A DNA stretch of 64,000 nt, from NCBI RefSeq assembly GCF_009914755.1, contig NC_060947.1; one strand, written 5' to 3'. A program made the translations under genes and the position numbers. Position 1 is the stretch's first letter; every line of letters begins with the position of its first letter. Below the pieces are notes generated by a model, which saw nothing but the letters and a program-made list of their open reading frames with translations, had not been told where the DNA came from and ran no database searches. Below are positions 57,780 through 64,000 of the stretch, piece by piece. The DNA comes from the human T2T-CHM13v2.0 reference genome, Homo sapiens.

Positions 57780-59745
57780 CTCCCTCTCCGTCCCCCTACC
57801 CTTCCTCCCCTCCGGCTCTCTGGTCCATCCTCAGGGAACTGGCCTGCATTCCCTAGCCCTCTCCACCATCCCGCCAGATCTCTCTAGTCCAACCCCATAT
57901 CAACTGACCTCTGCTCTCTCTCCATCCCCATCCCCTTATCCCCCCCATCCCCCTCTACCTCTCTGGTCCAGCCCCACATGAACTAACTCTGGGCTCAATC
58001 TCCTTCCCAGTACCCAGTCCATTGTGAGATGACCTCTCTTGCTCCCTATGTCTCTAAGCCTTTGCACCTGTTTGCTCCATCTTTGCATGAACTAATCTCT
58101 GCTCCCTCTACTTTTCCATCCCCCTCAACTCCTCTGGCATCCCTCTGGTCCAGCCCCACATGAAGGAACCCCTGCTCCCTCTTCCTCCCCTTTTTCTCCA
58201 ACTCTGATTGAACTTTTTAGTTCAACCTCACATGAAGCAATCTCTGACCTCTCTAGTTCAAAATTCCACCCCCACCCTCCTGCAGCTCTCCAGTCCAACC
58301 CCGCATGAACTGCTCTCTGCTCTCTCCTGTGCCCTGTCTCCCCCCATTGCACTACTGCCCTCTGCCGCAGCTGCACATGAATGAATCTTTGCCCTCTCTC
58401 CAGCCCAATCCCTACACGCAACCGACATTTCTTTGGTCCAGCCCCACATGAACTGCCCTCTGCTTTCTCTCCTGCCCCTTCCCCACCACCTCCCTACATT
58501 GGTCCGTCCCACGCTGCATGAACTGACCTCAGTCCCTTTACTTCTGATCTTCTCCCACTCCCCAGTGTCCTTCTGGTCCAGTCCCACATGAACTGACCTC
58601 TGTTACCTCTCCATTCCAAACCCACCCCACTCCTCCATCTCTCTGGTCCACCCGCAAGGGCTGACCCCTGCTACCTCTGTCTCCCTGCCTGTCCCCTGCA
58701 GCTCTGAAATGACCGGTATTTGAACCCACTCACCCTGCCTCTCCCTCCCTAACAACAAAATGGGAGGCAGGGCCCAGTCTTTTCACTCCTCTCCAATAGT
58801 ATATGTCTTTATGCAATCATATGCCACCTTCACACCCCTTAGAACTTACCCAGTCACTCTCCCTACATCTCTCTGGTCCAGCCCTCCATGACATGAACTC
58901 AGCTCCATCTCCTTTCCTTCCCCTTCCCCACCATACATCTCTGGTCCAGCCACACGTGAACTAAGCTCCGTTCCCTCTCCTTTCCCTTGCCCCACACTCC
59001 GGCTACCTCTGCAGATACAGCCACACATAAGCTGTCCTCAGTGGCTTTTCCTTTCCCTCTCTGACGCTCTGCATCTCTCCAGTGCAGCTGCACAGGAGCT
59101 GGCCTCGAATGCCTCTCCCATGCCATCCCATTCAGCCTTCTGCATCTCTTGGTACAGCCTACATGAACTGACATCTGCTCCCTCTAAGTGTGCATCGCCA
59201 CTTCATCCCCCTCCAGCTTCCTGGGCCAGCCCCACATGAACTGTCATTTCCCCTCACTCCCTCACAACTCTATTGTCCACATGAATAAGCCACTAACTCT
59301 ACAAACCCACCCACTGACACTCCCATGAAAACTCAGCTGCATCCTCACATGAACTGATCCCTGCTCCCTCTCACTCCCTTCCCCCTACCCCTGCTCCCCT
59401 GCACCTCTCCGGGACACCCCATGCACGGATCTTTTCTACTTCTCTGTCCCTATCCTCTGCAATTTCCCTTCATCTCTTGGTCCAGCCCCACGTGAACTGA
59501 CCTCAGTTACTTCTCCATCCACATCCTCCCCCGCCTTCAGGACTCTTTTCTGCCTCCACATGAACTGAGCCCAGCTCCCTCTCCTTCCCCATCTTCCTGA
59601 TCCCTTTACAGCTCTCTGGTCCAGCCCCACTGACTCATGCTCCCTCTCCGTCCCCATCTTCCTGATCCCTTTACAGCTCTCCGGTCCAGCCCCACTGACT
59701 CATGCTCCCTCTCTGTCCCCATCCTTCCACTGAATAACTGCACAC
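57780..59745. repeat. Degenerate ~60-70 bp tandem array (core ctctggtccagccccacatgaactgacctctgctccctct)
   Basis: The core recurs over twenty times with variable C/T-rich linkers; a near-exact 65-bp doublet at 59586-59650/59651-59715. Confidence 0.9.
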
Positions 59746-60020
59746 CTATGTTAGAATGGCTGCCAGGCAAAGACCTTATGTTTGCTTTTATCCTCAGGGA
59801 TAACCTATTACTTGCCACTCTCCGTCCTGTCTCAAGAGATTCCTGAGAGATTTCATTTATGGGAATATTAAGCAGGAGGAGATAAGAATGTCTCCAGGAT
59901 AGTCCATTAGCTTAATTTAGCCATTCAACAATGTATACATCTTTCAAAACATCATATTGTACACCATAAATATATACAATGTTGTCAATTTCAAAACTTC
60001 TTTTTAATTAACTTTTTTTT

Positions 60021-60387
60021 CCTTATCCCTGAAACTGTTTTTTTTTTTTTAAGTTAAGTTCCGGGATACATGTGCAGGACGTGCTGGTTGCATAGGTAAA
60101 CGTGTGCCACGGTGGTTTGCTGCACCTATCAACCCATCACCTAGGTGTTAAGCCCCACATGCATTAGCTATTTATCCTGATGTTCTCCCTCCCCCCACAC
60201 CCCCACCCCCACTGCCACCGACAGGCCCCTATGTATATTGTCCCCTTCCCTGTAACTACGTGTTCTCTCTGTTCAGCTCCCACTCACGAGTGAGAACAAG
60301 TGGTGTTTGGTTTCCTGTTCCTGGGTTAGTTTGCTGAGGATAATGGCTTCCAGCTCCATCCATGTCCCTGCAAAGGACATGATCTCG
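60021..60387 (-). mobile_element. 5'-truncated L1PA 3' end with 17-bp TSD
   Basis: ggatacatgtgcaggacgtg...ggtttgctgcacctatcaacccatcacctagg; TSD tttaattaacttttttt at 60003-60019 and 60388-60404. Confidence 0.85.
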
Positions 60388-61032
60388 TTTAATTAACTTT
60401 TTTTCAAAAGAGTGTTTCCAGGGTTACAGTTAACAGTAAAATTGGAGGCAGGGCCCAGTCTTTTCACTCCTTTCCAATATTATGTCTTTTATCCAATCAT
60501 ATGCCTCTTATTAGAAAATCACAATACAACAAAGGTCAAATCCTCCTAGGAAATGCTATCAACACACTTTGGGGACAGTAATGATAAAAGCTTCATGGAC
60601 CCACATTTAACAACAAAGCTTATGTGATAACTGTAGCAAAAGAATGGGAGTAAGACTGAACACTTCTGAATCCTCTTGTTCTTGAATACCTTCAAGCCAG
60701 GTCCTCTCTGTAAGTTTGTATTTCACCTCCAGTGATTCTGAGTAGGCACAACTCTTCTCCCCATCACACAGACATCAAACTCCAGGCACCTAGAGAAGTA
60801 GCTTGCCCCAAATTGCCCGATGAGGAAGTGGGTGTGTGTGAGAATCCAGGGTTTGGGCTAGTCTGGGCTCTTCCCCCAAGTTTTTCTTAAGGAGCAGTCC
60901 CTCGGCATGAGACTCATCTGGGGGATATGGTAAACTTCATATTCCTGGGCCCCCAAGTCCTACAGGATGTCAGGGTCCAGAGGCATGAGACCGAGGGCCA
61001 GGCTTCTGGCCTCTGTAACGTGCTCCCCGGGT

Positions 61033-61200
61033 AGGGTTACCAGTGGCAATACAGGATGCTTAGGTAAATTTGCATTTAAGATCAACAATGAATAAACAAA
61101 AAATACAAATGGGATATAGTCATACTAAAAAAAAGGCATCATTGATCTGAAATGCAAATTTACCTCAACTTTCTTTTTATTAGCTGAATCAGGCAACCCT
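61033..61200. mobile_element. MER53-like miniature inverted-repeat DNA element
   Basis: Terminal inverted repeats agggttaccag...aggcaaccct with internal dyad aaatttgcattt...aaatgcaaattt. Confidence 0.7.
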
Positions 61201-61499
61201 ATCCCCAGAGGACTAGCCTACCCCCAGAAGTTTGAAAATCTGTTTTCTCCCTCTCCATGTGAACAAACGAGCATTCCATCATTGTTCATTTTCTATTCTC
61301 CCTCACCCCTTCTGCCTCCCCACTCTCACCCTGGAGCAGAGACTTTAATGTCATCTACCAGGATTTCTCACACAGGGAATCCCGGGCAAGGCCAGGAAGA
61401 TGGTTGGATGGGGTCACTCAGCCCAACCCACCTCCAAGAGTCGATGAGATACCATAAGCAAATAAATTCACGAGAGGTTGGCTGAATCCATCCTAGTGT

Positions 61500-62324
61500 T
61501 GCGTTAGCCTGGCTCTCCCCATTTTATTCAAGCACAAATTACTAACAAGACTCTTTTCCAGTCTTAGCTTTGCCAAAACTATTTTTAGAGCATCATTTAG
61601 GCTTAGGTGATATAAAAATTCTGCTAGTTTTACAAACCAGCAGCCTTCCAAGGCAAAAAGCAATTCATGCCAGGAAAGTAGCAAAGGATTATTCATTTTC
61701 TGTCCATAGGCTGGTAAGGAGTTTTGTATCTAATAGGCTGCCTTCAACACAATAATTGAGAAGAGGAACTCATAAGCAAAGCTAAAGAACTCATCCTTAG
61801 AGAATACAAGTTCAAACTGAGAAAGGTTTTACTTTTAAGACAAAACAAATAGCATTAACACACATCCAAATGCCAGTGCAGGAGTTCACTGGGTTTATAA
61901 AAGAGAAAACTAAACTCAAGTGTCAAATAAAAACTGGAGCCGTCAAGAATGACTGCTTGTGGCAACACAGGTGTAACATGTGCTTGTCTAAAGTCGTTCT
62001 GTGTTTGTGGATATGTGGAAATGCATGACGAGGGAAACGATGCAAGGCAAAATGGCAGGTGCTCAAAGCTTTAAGATCCTTTTCTTCACGCTTGTGTGCT
62101 CTTGTTTTGCTTTTGAGAATTAGGGTAATTCGCAGGTCATTTTACAAAGAACTGTAATATCAAAGAACACTTCCAAACGGCTAAAATAGGCTCAAGGTCA
62201 CTATTAAAGTGATAAAGGGAGGTCCGTGGGGGAAAAGTTTGTGTTCTCAAAAGCCAGATTTCACACCATGGCAGGCACTAAATCTAGTTACATGTGCTTG
62301 CAGTAGAAAAAGAAGACACTGATC
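61500..62324 (-). other. CETN2: CETN2 3'UTR with candidate poly(A) signals
   Basis: TATAAA (61894-61899), AGTAAA (61828-61833) and AATAAA (61523-61528) on the minus strand; which is used cannot be told from sequence. Confidence 0.6.
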
Positions 62325-62414
62325 TTAATAGAGGCTGGTCTTTTTCATGATGCGCAGGAACTCTTGCTCACTGACCTCTCCATCTCCATCTCGATCAGCT
62401 TCATCAATCATTTC
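62325..62414 (-). CDS. CETN2: Centrin-2 last coding exon (EF-hand 4; EMIDEADRDGDGEVSEQEFLRIMKKTSLY*)
   Basis: Acceptor atatag|GAAATG at 62414; TAA at 62327-62325; matches the human centrin-2 C-terminus. Confidence 0.97.
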   Translation of the reverse strand, partial: EMIDEADRDGDGEVSEQEFLRIMKKTSLY

Positions 62415-62479
62415 CTATATGACAGTAAAGATTCAGGTTAATTTATAAACTAATGCCAAAAGGTGACTAAGTAATAGAC

Positions 62480-62606
62480 TTTTTTTTTTTTAGAGATGGG
62501 GTCTCTATGCTGCCCACACTGGTCTCAAATTCCTGGCCACAAGAGATCCTCCTGCCTCAGCCTCCCAAAGTACTGGGATTATATGCATGATCCACTGTGC
62601 CTGGCA
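62480..62606 (-). mobile_element. FLAM/Alu monomer in the CETN2 last intron
   Basis: agagatggggtctc...cctcccaaagtactgggatt...gcctggc; flanked by repeated aatagacttt. Confidence 0.8.
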
Positions 62607-63020
62607 AGCAATAGACTTTTAATCTATGTGAATAGATAATTTGTATCTATGTGAATAGATCATTGTAGTCCACCCAATGCCAGTATGCTACTCCTGATAA
62701 TAGCTTGGTTTCTGAAAAGTTATTTGAAAACCAACTCATACTTTGTCAAACATATCACCTGGGAGGGACCTTGAAGATTGCCTTGACTAGAGGGATTCCT
62801 GGAACCTAAAATAGTAAGCAAAATTGTGCATATGTGCATTTTTCTGGAAGCAGGGTTCATAGGTTTGTCTGACTATTAAAGGAGAATTAAGTTGTCTGCA
62901 GAGGGACAAAGTACACTGGCTTTTCTTCAAAGAGGTGCTCACACTAGGGAAAATGTAATGGAAAAGTCACAGAGGGCTCAAAGGTGGGAATTTTAAGTTC
63001 CAGTGTGATGCATTACAAAC

Positions 63021-63158
63021 CTGCAGCTCCTCATCAGTCAGGTTCTCACCCAACTCCTTGGCCACGCGTTTCAGATTTTTGAACGAAATCTTCCCAGTTT
63101 CATCATCATCAAAGAGCTTGAAAGCTTTCAGGATTTCTTCTTTAGTATCTTTCTCAGA
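63021..63158 (-). CDS. CETN2: Centrin-2 penultimate coding exon (EF-hand 3; SEKDTKEE...TDEELQ, 46 aa)
   Basis: cttgttaag|TCTGAG at 63158 and CTGCAG|gtttgt at 63021; phase 0/0. The introns exclude the intronless CETN1. Upstream exons lie beyond the window. Confidence 0.97.
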
Positions 63159-64000
63159 CTTAACAAGTAGAACATAAAACACATGAGTAGGGGGACACCA
63201 CGGTTGGTTACTACTGTCCTGTAGCCCTGCCACTGCCTGGTCAGGTCACCCTTTCCTTTTTAACAATGTAACTCGAGTCTAGACTTGCGGCAAGTGTCAG
63301 GAAGCCCATTTTGGCCTCAAAGAAACACCAGGCAAGCCAGGCACTCCATCCAAGGTGACGTTTGCTACCTATCGCTATATCTCTCCCTATCCCATATCTA
63401 TTTCCTAACTGATTTGGAATTCTGTGGGAAGAGGTATCTGCTTGGAAGTCTTGAGAAAGAAGCACAAGGGCTTGTTTTGGGAGCCCAAAGTAACATGATG
63501 GGAGGGCAGGCCTCCTGATGCAGTTGCTACCTGGACTGCTCTGTGGTCACATGACTGTTTTAACAGGAAGACGCCATGGACCTCTGCAGATGACTGGGGC
63601 TCCATACCATGATAATTGTCTTAGCTACTTACCATTTTCTGGGTCATCACAGTTAAAAAGTCACCAAAGTTCATTTTTCCTGTCCCTTCCTTATCAATTT
63701 CACTTATCATTTTCTTAATTTCTTCTTTCTTGGGTTCAAAGCCCAGGGCCCTCATTGCCACCTATAAAGAAAACAGGATCGTCTCAATAAGCACATCTAA
63801 AGTAGCAGGAGCAAAAATAACAGTGTTGAGAGCATTAAGCCAGCATCTGATGTGGTCATGTTAATATGATTGGGGAACACTATGACATTGATCTAATTGA
63901 TATTTGCAATCAATTTTATTGAATAATACTCAAAGTAAGTAAAGACAGGAAAACAGCACAGTACAACCTCCCCTGTTACTTACTGCAGGGAGAAGAGGGC

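Noticed and set aside
57780-59745. CRISPR-like repeat-spacer array
   Set aside because: Human DNA with no cas genes; the repeats are degenerate and the linkers are related low-complexity C/T sequence, i.e. a minisatellite.
62967-63233. 88-aa ORF as a standalone centrin or retrogene
   Set aside because: Only 63021-63158 is exon; the rest is intronic read-through bounded by canonical splice sites.

Overview
Human (primate) X-chromosome DNA, Xq28, between the cancer/testis gene MAGEA3 and the 3' end of CETN2; everything here was read by eye with no database search. MAGEA3 (minus strand, 3 exons, 314-aa CDS at 1259-2203) opens the window. A diverged direct duplicate of the whole MAGE-A unit (~14.9-26 kb) is a pseudogene with a frameshift, a 126-bp in-frame deletion and duplicated promoter/exon-1 modules. 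CETN2 coding exons 4 and 5 close the window. The rest is mostly L1, L2, Alu, MaLR/ERVL LTR and DNA-transposon relics. Main observations: (1) Separated parts of a CSAG (TRAG-3) gene. The 5' half lies on the + strand, divergent from MAGEA3: an MAAAT exon at 5383-5441 and an MLT2 LTR carrying the CSAG2/3 N-terminal frame at 9525-9689. The 3' half lies on the minus strand at 35.7-36.26 kb and is cut off by a near-perfect ~320-bp hairpin. (2) A MER41 element with R-U5-internal-U3-R-poly(A) structure and an 18-21 bp target-site duplication, i.e. an L1-made retrocopy of an ERV mRNA; it keeps tandem GAS motifs and sits in the pseudogene 3'UTR. (3) A ~2-kb degenerate ~65-bp tandem array with a templated insertion downstream of CETN2. 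Repeat subfamily names are from memory of consensus sequences and are approximate.
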